This document shows, in pieces, positions 25,201 to 41,167 of a stretch of 64,000 bases of DNA. Every line of letters starts with the position of its first letter. Within the stretch, counting starts at the first letter, position 1. A program made the translations under genes and the position numbers. Source of the DNA: Marsupella aquatica (Eukaryota > Plantae > Marchantiophyta); NCBI GenBank assembly GCA_973895155.1, contig OZ316897.1, positions 4,434,211 through 4,498,210 on the forward strand. The letters run 5' to 3'. Under the pieces are notes generated by a model, which saw nothing but the letters and a program-made list of their open reading frames with translations, ran no database searches and was not told the origin of the DNA.

Positions 25201-27714
25201 TTCGGTGACGAGCTTCAATTGGCTTGATTATGGAATCTGCCTCGGGGCCCGGTGTGTGGAATCAAAATTACAAAAACAAGGATGACCGACCTCTTCCGTT
25301 GTTATACTCCTTGAGAAACACCTACTTGTCAAAATGTCCCTATATTACCGATCCATGCCTGCAACACCAATGATAATGCGGCCAACATTATCAGTCCAGT
25401 CCATCTAATAACTCTTTGAGCCTTCGGGTATGGATATATAAATCGCACGCACACCATACCTTAACAGAGATTGAGGGAGGCTAGGGACAAAACGTGTTAC
25501 CTGAAGATTACCTCCAACGTTCACAATGAATCAGGACCTCCTCTCTAAACCATGACAGGGATCCATTCTCCATCCGCGCGAATTGATGTCGAGCCCCTCT
25601 CCACCTCGATTTGGACTACGATGCAGAACATGATAGTCTTAATGTGTGCGGGACAATTCCCGTCTCCGCCGCAGCAGGGTGTTTACGACTCGTGGGGGGG
25701 AACTTCATCATTCTTTCGAAGACCATCCCCGGCCCCAACCTACCAAGATTTAAGCTTGGGGATTTAAGACGTTCCACCTGCTCCAACGTCGAGGAATAGC
25801 CGTTGTAAGAATCTTGTGGCCGAGGCTATTCAGGAGCACTCAACGTCACGAAGAACAGATTCCAGGTAACAGATTTTCGTTGTCCTGGATCTCCTGCAGC
25901 AAGGTCTGCTTGATCGACTTGCATGGGAAGATTAAAGAACTCGTGGTTGATGGCTCATCCACAGATTCGAGAGGAATGCCGGTGTTCATGACCTCAATGA
26001 AGCCAACAGTCTCGCATGCTGCCGATACTTGCATGGGCACAAACAGACGGCTGACCGTTGCTCCGGATCACGCAGCCACTTCAACGTTCTTGATTCCCAC
26101 CATTTTGAAGGGAATCTAATGAGTTTCGGCAGTTTCGTCAACCCGGAAGCTGTAGTTTATGGAATGATGGACACCAACGGAAAGGTGATGCAAGCTATTC
26201 TAGGATACCGAAATCCCGACTCCGTTATCCAGAGTGATTCAATGAGAAGAAGAATTTAAATGCAAATTTTGACTGGCTATTCAAGCTTCAGGTTCTCGGC
26301 ATACTTATCAACTGATTTCACTAGGCGCTTGAAACATCAGATCTATCCGTAATTATAGGCAGAATGATCGTAAACATCGATCTCCCCATGATTTTTGTTA
26401 GTGCTGGCTCGCGCGGCTACGTCCTGGAAATCAAACAAAGCCCAACGAATTGAAACTAGCCTCTGGACAGCTACAGAAAGTACGTACGTTCGACTTCCGA
26501 AAAGTTCTTTGTTAGATCTCAGCTTGCCAGGTTTTGCGTTGCTCCAACTGACAAAGTTTGGTCTTGAAAGACTATTGACGTCATCAAAAGCTAGCTCAAT
26601 GGTTCAGGTCCCCTTTGATTACTTTCTGACGTCTTCGTGCTTCTCAGCTGATTAGTGGGGCTACGTGAATTGCTCTGGGGCGGGTGATCCCAGCGGCCGA
26701 GTCAGCAGCGCTGGTTATGAATGAGATGCAAATATATTTTCGATCAAATGGCAGAGAAAAGGCGGTCCAAGTAAAGCGGGTTTTCACTTCATTACAATAT
26801 AGGAACACCCGTGCTTACTGTAAAGATTCTGCTCTAGCTCTCGTCTCCTTTCTGTTAGCTTTTGCTATAGGGAGAAGAGCAACCTTCAACAGCACCAGGG
26901 ACCCCAAGTCTGGGCTCCAAAAATTCAGGAAGGCGCACCGGTAGTACCTTTGAACTCTCATTGTGAGAGGACCCTGTTTGTCCTTTCACGTGGATATTCT
27001 GTCCATGGCCCATGTTTATATCGAGATTCTAGCTAGGACACAACTCAATTCCGTGCATAAAAATCATACCCCAACCCGTGAGCTGTTTTGTATAAGCTCA
27101 CACGCTTCCTGTTGTCAGCGCACTTTTGACTGATATCTTGATTTCTTACGTTTATTTCTATGATATGACCCACCGACGTCTTGATTTCTTACGGTGATTT
27201 CTGTGGTATGACCGACGCCGTTGAATCAACACGAGATCGTGAATTACTCGATCGCCGTCACTCGAACTTTCTTGCTGCGGAATGGCTTGGACTGATAGAC
27301 CGACATTACTTCGCCATGTGAATTGGCCATAAGAACATAATGATTAGGAGCATCAACAGGATAGACATATAGATTGAGAACATGGATAGAATGATAAAAC
27401 CAATTAAAGCAGGAGTGAAATGGGAACGGGACGTACAACAGCATGGCACGATTATGTTTGGGCGCGCGGGGAGGCGGCGATCCGGCGTCGGCAGGAGGAA
27501 TGTGAGGCATGATACTACATGACAGCTCGGCGGGCAGGTGGGCGGGCAGGGGGGTGAGCAGAAAGAAGTCCAAGATACGGTACCGGAAACCGTGCAGAAG
27601 AAGAGTCCGAAAGATAGACGATCTGAGAGAGAGCGAGACGGATACCCTCGGCCAAGAAGAGGGACTGAGGGTGAGAGAGCGTTGCCGTAAAGTAATGTGG
27701 AATCGAAGTGGGCT

Positions 27715-27741
27715 GTCGTCGTCGTCGTCGTCGTCGTCGTC
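27715..27741. repeat. (GTC)9 microsatellite
   Basis: Direct read, upstream of the GT34 gene. Confidence 0.95.
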
Positions 27742-28063
27742 CATGTTGGCTTGGTTGCTGGCTCATTAATAATTGGATGGAGCTCGGCTTCGTCAAATTT
27801 AAGAACGAACGACCAACAGTCCCGCCTCCGCTGCTCAAAGCGCGAACAATGTTTGCTGAAATTTAGATCGAGTAGTAGAAGACTGGTCTGATATCTATTT
27901 TTAGTACTGCAGATCAAGAACGTCCTCGATCGATGCACTCCGACTGTGGATGGGGTTATAGCGCATGGGAAGGCTGGTAACAGACCGAAGGAGATGTGAG
28001 TTGAGATACACGTACAGAGATATGATTTTCGGCTACAGCGATTGCTTTGGGCGTGAAATTTTC

Positions 28064-28066
<3 letters not shown>

Positions 28067-28118
<52 letters not shown>
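28067..28118 (+). repeat. (AG)26 microsatellite / GAGA tract in 5' region of the GT34 gene
   Basis: Direct read, about 210 bp upstream of the ATG. GA repeats are typical of plant 5' leaders (BBR/BPC-type sites). Confidence 0.9.
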
Positions 28119-28120
<2 letters not shown>

Positions 28121-28327
28121 CCTGTGATTGATCGATCTCCCATGCGGAAATTCCATAACTTAATTGAGACTTGATTTAGTCGTCAATCGACACTCGAGGA
28201 ATTGAAGAGCACTTAATTAACCTGATTGACTTGAGCGTAGGAATTGAGACTCTGATCGAGACATTACTTTGGGGTAGGAGTTTGTTTAGAGCTGGGAATT
28301 GAAAGGGTCGATCGCAGAGGGAACAAC

Positions 28328-30486
28328 ATGATGAGGTCGAACAGTTTCACTAAGGCGTTACCGACATCAACGACTGCGGTGAAGTCGCGCAACTTTCAGA
28401 GAAGCTTGGGGGGCGTGAAGATCACGCTGCTGTGCGGATTCGTCACCATTCTGGTTCTTAGAGGAACTGTCGGCCTGGGGAGCTTCTTTCCCTCCTTCTC
28501 CAGCGATGAATTCACCCAACAAAGTAAAGACCAGAACAACCATGAACGCTTGCGCAGCCTTGCGCAGGTATGTACAATTGACTCGATCCCTTCGCTCCGA
28601 TAGCACCTTAGCTTGCGTGCAGTCACCACATCACACGGAAAAAGATGAATTAATCGATAGTTTGACGTTCATATGACAGTCAAGCAACGAGACAAGTAAA
28701 TATCTATCTTTCGACCGGTCGAGCTAAATATCTGTCGTCTCCTAAACAATGTACCATCCGAAAGATCGTGTCAAAATTTCAACGGTGTGTCTAGGTTTTC
28801 ATACAGTGGAAAATGAACGCAATGTTCCGAGGCAGTCATTAATTGAGATCGACCACATGCACAGTTAGCTCGAATCCGGGCTCGAATCTTACCATGCCTT
28901 CTGGAGATTATGAGAAATTCTCTTAATATCTCGTTCATTCTTAGGTCCAGAACAATTTCGTTTGATTTGCGTTGTGGACGTGTGAATCGAAATTCATGTG
29001 CGTCTTGTCACTTAGTTGACTCGGGATCAGCGTCTCAAAGCTCGAGATTTGTTTATCCTCTAGCAAGATCGAATTCGGCAAACCTTGTCACGAGAAATGC
29101 ATTCATGCAACGTCAAAAAGAGTAATTTGATTATAGGCAGTGCAGTTTACCGCTTTGAATTCTAAAACTGAAGATGGAAACTCGAAGAGCACTTGTAAGA
29201 TGATGACGGTGATAATCAGAAAGAAGTGTCTTCCGATCATTTGGTCCCAATGGACAAAAAGGCGTTGGACTGGAATGAAAGTCTTTGTAAACTATAACGG
29301 CCTAGTCTGAGACATGGCTTATATGTAGCTTGTCGAACCGTCCATATGTATATATATTTCAAATTTATAACACGTTTTACTGAGTTTGATTCTTGCATGA
29401 TCTCCATAGCTGGAAAAGAAGATCGAGGACGACGAATTCCCTGAGCCGGAGAGCGACCCGAATGTGCCCTATAGTTTAGGCCCTGACATAAAAAACTGGG
29501 ACGAGCAACGTGCAGCATGGCTGAAGAAAAACCCACATCTGAAGGTTCCCCCAGGTGGCCAACCCAAAGTACTTCTGGTGACGGGATCGCAGCCAAAGCC
29601 GTGCGACAACCCTGTCGGTGATCACTATCTGCTGAAGTCCATCAAGAATAAGATCGACTACTGCCGGTTGCACAACATTGAGATCTTCTACAACATGGCG
29701 CACATGGATCAAGAAATGGCAGGGTTTTGGGCCAAGCTGCCCCTCCTCCGCAAGCTGATGCTGGCACATCCCGAGGTGGAGTGGATTTGGTGGATGGACA
29801 GTGACGCCATGTTCACGGACATGTTATTCCAGCTTCCCCTTGAGAAGTACAGGGATTACAACATGGTACTGCACGGATGGGATGACCTCGTGTACACCGA
29901 GAAGAACTGGGTGGGGCTCAACACCGGCAGCTTCCTACTCCGCAATAACCAGTGGTCCCTCGACCTCCTTGACATTTGGGCTCCAATGGGTCCCAAAGGC
30001 AAAGTCCGAGTGGAAGCCGGTAAGGTTCTGACAGCCACGCTCACGGGCAGGCCGGAGTTCGAGGCAGATGATCAATCGGCACTTATCTATCTGCTCGTCA
30101 CACGAGCAAAAGAGCTCAGACCTCACGTGTATTTGGAGAACTCCTACTATCTGCACGGCTACTGGGTGATTCTCGTGGAGACGTACGACGAGATAATGGC
30201 GAAGAACCACCCAGGTCTTGGAGATGACCGATGGCCGTTTGTCACTCATTTTGTTGGATGCAAGCCCTGCGGCAGCTTTGGTGATTATTCGGTTGACCGC
30301 TGCCTGAAGCAGATGGAGCGAGCTTTTAACTTTGCGGACAACCAAATCTTGGACCAGTATGGCTTACAACACAGGGCACTATCCACTCCCAAGGTCAAGC
30401 GGATCCGGAACGACACTGCCACTCCATTGGAATTGCTCGGCCAAAGTTTCTGGGCTCCTAATGTCAAAGCTGCTACAGCGTCATAA
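28328..30486 (+). CDS. XXT: GT34 glycosyltransferase, xyloglucan 6-xylosyltransferase (XXT)-like
   Basis: Exon 1, 28328-28567, has the TM anchor KITLLCGFVTILVLRGT and donor CAG|GTATGT. Exon 2, 29410-30486, is in frame (LEKKIEDDEF...) and carries LLVTGSQPKPCDNPVGDHYLLKSIKNKIDYCRLH, WIWWMDSDA and WPFVTHFVGCKPC, hallmark XXT motifs. Confidence 0.95.
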
Positions 30487-32325
30487 AGGCTCCGATCATG
30501 GGTTCCCTTACAGTACAGATTAAAATGTGATTGAACATTTGCTGCACTCACACACATAGATCGCATGTCGCTGCTTGCAATTAAGCAGCAAGGTATGTCC
30601 AATTTGGGCACAAACGATTTTGATCGGTCCCTGCAAGGCGCCCAGTTGATAGACGTTCTCAAGCTCTTCACATGTATCTTGCAATTTCATTTCAGAGGCG
30701 ATCGAATTACTTGGCTTTCCTGGTTTAACTACTGTAGGTAGCTAGGCTTCAAGAGAGACGTAAGATCTCTTCTGGTCAGAGACAATTAAAGCACAGTGGT
30801 TCTTTTGGACCCGGAATCTGCTGGTGAAGGCCAGTAACGTAGCCAGCTGCTTAGTTTTCCAGCGAGACCACTTCGCGGGTTAGAATAGGAGTTAAAATAG
30901 ATAGATTGTAACATAACAACTTAGGTTTCGAGATCTTCAAACGATAGACAGAATTTGAAGGGGACTTCTTGGTCCACAAAACCACAAACAAGAAACATCC
31001 ATGCGAATGCACATGTATTTAATTCTTTGGCCGCTATCAAGTAAACTACGGCTTTCATGGGAAATTGGCTGGCTCACGGGAGACCTACGATTGTCTGTAG
31101 AATAGGGAGTGATAAAATTCTCGCCCAGTTCACACAATTTGCTTCACTGGTCCGGGGTCAGAAAGTAATTATTTTACGCATTGCATGTGCAGAATAGAAA
31201 TGCGAAGTGGACCCTCGACGAAGTCATCGGCACGAAAGCATTACTATACGCATGTCCATGGACTTGTTTGGTACGTTTAGGTCTGCTTGCTGACCGAGTA
31301 GCTGGCAGAACGTGTGCAGTTGATTCCTGACTCAGTCAATGAGGCATTCGCAGGAAGTTCTTGCATCGCTGGCGACTTCACTTTCACCGTTAGAAGACAG
31401 TCAAATCATCTTGGCTTTCAAAATTGAAATACTTAAGACCACATAATTATACAGGTAGGAGGAGGGGCAGACGGTCCAGGAATGTAACAAGATTTACACC
31501 TGGCTTGCTTAGTGATGATGAGTCGTGACGTCTGATTGAAGTTGAGTGTACTGAGCTTTAGGATTTAGGCAAAGGTCTTGCTCGACAACATATCGACTAG
31601 CTGCAAAGGGCATAGTGACACAAGTGGCTTTTTCAACTCACCTAGCTAGTATGACCGTAACATTTTCAGGGCAGAGCTCATACTGAAGAGCGACCGTCAT
31701 ATATAACTGCAGGTTTCGTAGACATCTGAGCCATGATTTCGATGAACCCTAAAGTTCGATCCTACCAAAGGGATTTCATGATGATAGTAATTTTTACAGG
31801 AAACAGAGGTCACCATTTGCTAGAGCTCTGGACTGCTGGCACTGAATGCTTGTCGCAAAGTGATCAAAATCAAGCATTGAACGTCAAGCTAGAAGGCCAT
31901 CAATCACCCTTGTGCCAACAATGAGACCAATGCTGATAAGTCTTCCTTGGAGTGTGAAGTACAGTAACAGCAGGCGCGAGTACCCCCACTTGAAAATGAC
32001 AACAGGGCAGCACAAGACCAATTTCCCTCTATATCAAGAGTCACATGTTTACCAATTGAATTGAAGTAGGTAGGTGGCCGCTCTTTCTGATAAATGTTTA
32101 TATAATTCCTGACCCAGTTTACATAATGAAACTGAGAGTTGGCACCGATGAGAACCTTCATTTTGCTGCTATTTGAGCCCCTTGGATCCGAGTGATCCGC
32201 ACAGCTGAGGCCTACTCATCTGTACCGCACGTTCTATTGCTGATGGACTGAGTAATAACTGATTGCGTCTGCAACTTAATGACATCATGTCATCTTCAAG
32301 ATTTGGACTTCATTGTTGTCCAAAA

Positions 32326-35345
<3,020 letters not shown>

Positions 35346-36849
35346 TACGCCAGTGTTCGTTCTTTCTCAATTTACGCAGAGAGCAGACGTGAAGCATCCG
35401 GTTGAACGCCTGTAAGGAGCAATGAAAAAGATAGCACAAGATGATCAATGACTAGTATAGAAAGTATGGTAAGAGTTATGTTAGGTCTAGCTCTTACATG
35501 CTTTTCCTATGAGGTTTGAAAAGAGCAACCACATTTTTTCACTGGTAAGAAATCAGAGACCGTCGAAAGAGGGTTAAATTTAAATTGCATCAATTTTGAA
35601 GTCCATTGGGTCCCCAGTGACTTTCGGACTAAGAGAAAAGAGGGGGCTCAAGCGTCGTAAATCTACTTCTACATTGCAAAACAAAATATCAGGAAAAAGA
35701 GAAACAGAGGGCGCTCATTTTGTAGGTTGGGATTGCACAGCAGACACATACCCGCCTCAGAAATTGTTGACATTCTGTTCTCAACACGAAACCCTCTCAA
35801 TTCTCCACCCTAGGCTTTCGTTTCCCATCATTACTCTGTTCACCACTTCGACGCCGCCAGAACTCACCGTGCTCATCATCCATTCAACTGTTCATTACTT
35901 GGATCCGTCCGCATAGCTGCTGCCAGAACATTTCACCTCTTTCTTCACTCTTCCTCCACAGCTTTGCATGGATTTTCAATTTCCACTTTGACATGACAAT
36001 ACTGGAAATTTCACTCCCGTCATTGTTCCACTACAGTCGAGCACGAGGGTCTGTGACTATACTCTAATAAGACACTTCTTCAATGCTCACTGAACCATTT
36101 GTGAATTTCTGATTTCCTCAACTTGGGAAATGTGAGGGGGTCTTCCACTCCCACTCCCAGTTTGGGGAGCTGAGTTCCATGGCGGACTAGGGTACCAACT
36201 ATAGAGTTAAGTGTTGCCGATATGCAGTCACCTCTCTCTAAGTGCATGCTCTTGGGAAGAAGCCCTGGCCTTCCCACTTGCATGTGGTTTGCACTACTTG
36301 TAAGCCTTGACAATGCCCATACACATTTGCAGTGCCTTTGTCTTGTCACACTTGAGAAGCTACCACCTTGTGTTCAAGTCGGATTCTAGTGTCCAATAAG
36401 TTGTCGTGTTGGTATGTAATGATGCCCCACCTGTATGCTATAATGCCCAAAAAAGAAGAGTTTAGCCCAAGTTTTGAGGGAATATTATTGCCCATAATTA
36501 TTGAGAAAAACCAATGACATACATAGAGACAAGCAACAAGCAAGCACATTGGTCTACACACGAGATATGTGTGGTTCACCTTCATCAAGGCTATAGCCAT
36601 GGAATGTTAGTGTTTTACTAAGCTTTGGCCACCACAACCACACCATGCCTCCATGTACAAGCATGCATTACACATGCATTTATAAATTTATTGTACACAT
36701 GCATAATTGCATGTGTAAATAGTATGCACATGTGCATCATCCAACAATTCAAAAAAACAAGTAGCCTAGACAGGAGATACATGGTTCACTTCACCATAGG
36801 CTACATCCATGGGATCACACAATAGAACTTTACTGAACGCCAAACTCAT

Positions 36850-37008
36850 CTGCTATACCAAGTCTCCATAACCTAAGCTTTTCCTACCTCCCATTCAACA
36901 AGCTCGTCAACTATATATACCAAATCTCCATAAATTTAAGCTCTTCCTATCTTGCAACAAGCTAGTCAGTTATACCGAGTATCAATAAACTAAGCTCTTC
37001 TTATCTCC
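36850..37008. repeat. Degenerate ~55-bp tandem repeat, 3 copies
   Basis: TATACC(A/G)A.T.TC.ATAA..TAAGCT.TTC.TA.CT unit three times, with CAACAAGCT between copies. Confidence 0.75.
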
Positions 37009-37602
37009 TCAGTGGCTCCATAACAATCTAGGATAGCAAAGATCCAATCACATCCATTAATTTTTACCACTTGATAAAGGTTCTATCTTTCTCATGAGTG
37101 AAACACCAGTTTCAACAATGGGCACACTTACTGTCTTGAACCACCACCACCACGCCATATAAAAGGAGAAGTGTCCAAGACTTTCTCTTTTTCACATTCC
37201 TCTCCTCTAGGGTGAGACTTTGCTCCATAATTTCAGGAAAAATATACTAAAAATGGTGAAATCTGATGGATCCAAGTTTTGTCATCATGGACAATGGCGC
37301 TTGAAGTTCCCCTCATGATTTTTTTCACTAAGTTTGTGGTTTTAATTGAATTTGATTATCATTACCTAGGGCAAGTGAAGATCTATCTCTTATGTGAGAA
37401 CTCTTAGGTACCTTTGTACTTTCCTAGTCATTATGTGCTTTTCTTGGCATGTGCTCTACCTAAGCTTTTGTGTATTGTCTCACTCACTCTTTGAAGGTAC
37501 TAATTTCTTGCCAAGTAAAGTACTTCTAGTCTCTTCTTTTATCCTAAATAAATTAGATCACAACAAATGAAACAGAACATGCTATACTATATCGCCCGAC
37601 AG

Positions 37603-38188
37603 TTTTCTACTAACCTATCCTCCAAACTGACCGCAATTGTCAACTTGTCCCCCAAACTATTTCATTCCTAAGCCTACCCCCTTTTCAAATAATGGTGACT
37701 TCTAACTCCTCTACTTAACCCCAGGTCATTCCGCATTGGTTGCCTGCCACATGGCAAGGTGCTATTTGCCACAGAAAACCCTGGCTGGTTCTATCCTAAC
37801 CTGGGCTGACTCAATCCCATTTTTATGATTTAGGGAGCCGGTGCGGGCTGGCTCCCTTGCACTAAGGCAGCCCCGACCCTGGCTTCCTCCCTGCCTGGAC
37901 TTCCCCACAAGGGCAGTCAATAGGGCCACCCCTTCCTTCCCTTTGCCCGCCTGGTACTCCCTAAATTTTCATAATGGGTGAGCCTGTCCGGGTTAGGGTA
38001 GAACTGGGCAGGGTTCAACGTGGTCAATACTGCCTTGCCACGCAGCAGATGACTAAAGCAGAAAGCCCTTGGGTTAAATACAGAAGTTAGAGTAACCCAT
38101 ATTTGAAGAGAAGGTGGACTTACCAATTAAAATAGTTTGGGGGAAAGGTGAATGATTACACTCAATTTGAGGGATAAGTTGCTAAAAA
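37603..38188. mobile_element. Foldback / Mutator-like non-autonomous element with long imperfect TIRs
   Basis: Left arm ~37603-37850 is the diverged reverse complement of right arm ~37940-38188 (e.g. CCCCCAAACTATTT vs AAATAGTTTGGGGG, TTCTAACT vs AGTTAGA, TTTAGGGAG vs CTCCCTAAA). No clear TSD seen. Confidence 0.75.
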
Positions 38189-38190
38189 GA

Positions 38191-38342
38191 TACTAGATGG
38201 ACCCCTAAATTGAGAAGTGTTACTAAAATGGACCCTATGAGGCCCCATGAGATTTTAGGACCCTTGATTTAAGGTTATCAAGGGTATGGATCATTCATGG
38301 GGTCCATCAAGTAAAGATTTTCATTTTGGGGGTCCTCAAGAA
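38191..38342. mobile_element. ~150-bp palindromic MITE-like element
   Basis: Left arm GGACCCCTAAATTGAGAAGTGTTACTAAAATGGACCCTATGA matches the reverse complement of right arm TCATGGGGTCCATCAAGTAAAGATTTTCATTTTGGGGGTCC. Confidence 0.65.
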
Positions 38343-39643
38343 TATCTCCAATGCCATGTGCAAACAAAACTGTACTTTACAAAAGGGCCCTCCCCTCTAT
38401 GTTCTTTCCTTTTATAGGGTTGTTTTGCCCCTCTCCCAGTTTAGGGTTTGTGCTTTTTGACGCTTTGATATGTATACTTTAATTAACAAATGCCGTGTAC
38501 TATATCGGACACTGCCATGTGCAAACAAAAGTGTACTTTACAAAGGCGTGGAAGGGACCCTCGCTGACGTGTAAGAGGTTCCCGAACAGAGACGTGGAAC
38601 GGTGGAAGGGGCCCTGGATGACGTGTAAAATTGCCCCGCTTTACTCTGGCCGTCGGTCGCACTTTCCGCAGGTCGACATGTAGCACTCTCATTGAAAGCT
38701 ATGGTGCGCTGGGGACTTGTGGGGCTTTCTCGCTTCTGCAGTTCTGCTTCTCTATGGACACTTGGCCTCACAGGAGTTGTGTGATTCAATAATAGATCAG
38801 TTCGAGGAGCCGCTCACCCACTCCCGCTGCGACATTGCCTGACGACAATAAGATCGTTTGGACACCGTGGCGCGCAGCTACGATACGATGGGATCGATGC
38901 ATCGGCTGTGATGAGAAAGAAATTTCAGCTGGATTTGGGACGAGAAGAAGCTCACGTCGGTCTGGAACTGCAAAACTATGCTGTAGCTGCAGCTGTTGAT
39001 GTTTTACCACGGTGTTCCGTTTTGCATTCTGTCGGGAGTGTCGAACGAAATTGAAAAGATCCATGGTGCAATGCTCTTTATCGGTTGGGTTGGTCTTCAC
39101 GAGATAGTTTTCATTCCAGCCGGTCTGTGGTTTTCAGGGTATGCTGAATTCTGTATCTTAAATGTCGATCTCGTTCTCAATCATGTGTCCTGATGAACAC
39201 CTCTGAGGAGATCAGGGTGTTTGCCTAATTCGAAACGTTGCACGCATTGAAGTTCAATGAAGTCGAGTCTCGTTCACCTCTCTTAGGTAGCCTGTGGGAA
39301 GCTATTTAGCAGAGATGTTGTATTAATGTAATCGGAGCTTGGAACCACGACTGTAGTGCTGGGGTCCTATGCAGCACAGGCGATCAACGTAAGCTACAAT
39401 TGAAAAGGGGAAAGGTTTTCGATCGCGATTCAATCAGATGACCGTATACGAAAATTGAGATTCACCTCGACATAGTACTGCCGTTGTTGTGGTAGATGGT
39501 TTTCTTTCGTGCTGATGCGTGTGCAGTACTGAAAAGTGAGAGGACATCGAAGTGCGTTCATGGGTCTGTTCATGCGGAGACCCAAGTAGACCTCAGGTAG
39601 ATTAGTGAATGTAGCTTGACGATCCTGGTAAGTTTTAGAAAGC

Positions 39644-41167
39644 ATGGTTTATCGGACATTGTCTGAGGGGGATGCAGCCCGGATTGGACTCACAGATGAC
39701 CCTGACCTGGATATCACGAAGGAAGAGGCCTGCGAACAGAGCATGCTGTGTAATTTGGAAGCTGCCCCCAAGCTTCAGTTTTCACGGAGCGCAACCATTG
39801 GACACCGAACAGAGTTGGACCTTGAGAATGCAGTACCACAAGGTCGTCCCCCAAGCGCGGAACGTAAAGAATTGCTTGTAGATGAAGATCACAAAGTCGA
39901 CAAGGAGACTTTCACTACCCTAATTCCAGGTCTTCCCAGGGATCTCGCTGAGAGCTGTTTAGCTCGTGTTCCCTGGATTTACCACCCGAAGCTCGTGTCA
40001 GTGTGCAAGACCTGGGCCGCATATTTCATGAGCAACAACGTTTTCGCCGTTCGCGCGCAGCAGAGCTGTTTGGAAAGCCTGTTGATTGTGCTGAGCGTAC
40101 CGCTGAGACTGGGGCCGCTGAGGTTGACGGTGTTTGACGCCAACACGACCACGGAACTTAAACGGCGCAAGCCGCTTGCAGTTTTTGATTATCTCGGAAA
40201 GTGGAGCGGTTTTCTGAGAGGCCTCAGATGTGCAGTCGTAGGGCTCAATTTGTTCATCATCGGAGGTCGGCAATCCGGTCTGCACTTTGCCACAGGTAGG
40301 ACTGTCTTGCGCTTCAATTTTATAACAAGAAAATGGACAAAGGCCGCACCTATGCATGTGGCAAGACGAGACTTCGCTTGCGCTGTCGTCGAAGACAAGA
40401 TTTACGTCGCAGGCGGCACGGACAGTAATCGTGTGCTCCCCCAAGGCCACGGTGCTAGGTCTGCCCTTAAGTCTGCTGAGGTGTACGACTACGCGCACGA
40501 TCGATGGCACAGGCTTCCGGATCTGGAAATAGAGCGGATTGGCTGCTTAGGTGTTGCATTGGAGGGTCGTTTCTATGTGATAGGGGGTGGAGCAGACAAC
40601 GGGACTGTCGAGTTCGAGTTGTATCGATCAGCTGAAGTTCTAGACACCAGCGAGCCGCCGCAGTGGAAGACCATCGACAAGATGTGGCAAAGCCACGTGA
40701 AACTGCCTCGAGCGGTGGCTGGTTTTGACCACTCTTTGTTCGCAGTGGACAGCAATGATCATACGCTGAAATGCTACCATGAGGTGACGAACAATTGGAG
40801 TGAGGTGATGCGCATGCCGTCTTCTGCCACAAATTTGCCCCGCCGAACTGGGCTGGCAGAACGACAGCAGGCCATGGGAGCCTTGCCCGGGGATCAATTG
40901 GTCGATTTCCCGGACGAAGGTTTAATTTGGATGGGGCCTTGCAGCCGTGTGTCCCATAGCCATGAGTACCATCTTCTCCGGCTTCATGAAATTGAAAAGT
41001 CGTCGAAGAATTGGCCTGACAATAATGCTGCAATCACCGATGATCGTGATGACGTATTGTCCACCCCAACAGCAGAAACCGCGGCTCCGTGTTACGGCAA
41101 TGACGAGTTCAAGTCGCTTGGGAAGAATTCTTACCTCATCATTGGCTCGGGAATAGTGTACATTTGA
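39644..41167 (+). CDS. F-box/kelch-repeat protein
   Basis: Intronless 507-aa ORF with F-box LIPGLPRDLAESCLARVP...VCKTW and kelch repeats (LFIIGG, MHVARRDFACAVVEDKIYVAGG, AEVYD...W, FYVIGG...AEV). Confidence 0.95.
   Translation: MVYRTLSEGDAARIGLTDDPDLDITKEEACEQSMLCNLEAAPKLQFSRSATIGHRTELDLENAVPQGRPPSAERKELLVDEDHKVDKETFTTLIPGLPRDLAESCLARVPWIYHPKLVSVCKTWAAYFMSNNVFAVRAQQSCLESLLIVLSVPLRLGPLRLTVFDANTTTELKRRKPLAVFDYLGKWSGFLRGLRCAVVGLNLFIIGGRQSGLHFATGRTVLRFNFITRKWTKAAPMHVARRDFACAVVEDKIYVAGGTDSNRVLPQGHGARSALKSAEVYDYAHDRWHRLPDLEIERIGCLGVALEGRFYVIGGGADNGTVEFELYRSAEVLDTSEPPQWKTIDKMWQSHVKLPRAVAGFDHSLFAVDSNDHTLKCYHEVTNNWSEVMRMPSSATNLPRRTGLAERQQAMGALPGDQLVDFPDEGLIWMGPCSRVSHSHEYHLLRLHEIEKSSKNWPDNNAAITDDRDDVLSTPTAETAAPCYGNDEFKSLGKNSYLIIGSGIVYI

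Noticed and set aside
27244-27938. Overlapping minus-strand ORFs of 107-210 aa with poly-D/T/R runs
   Set aside because: They result from the (GTC)9 tract and GC-rich promoter/leader of the GT34 gene. No domains.
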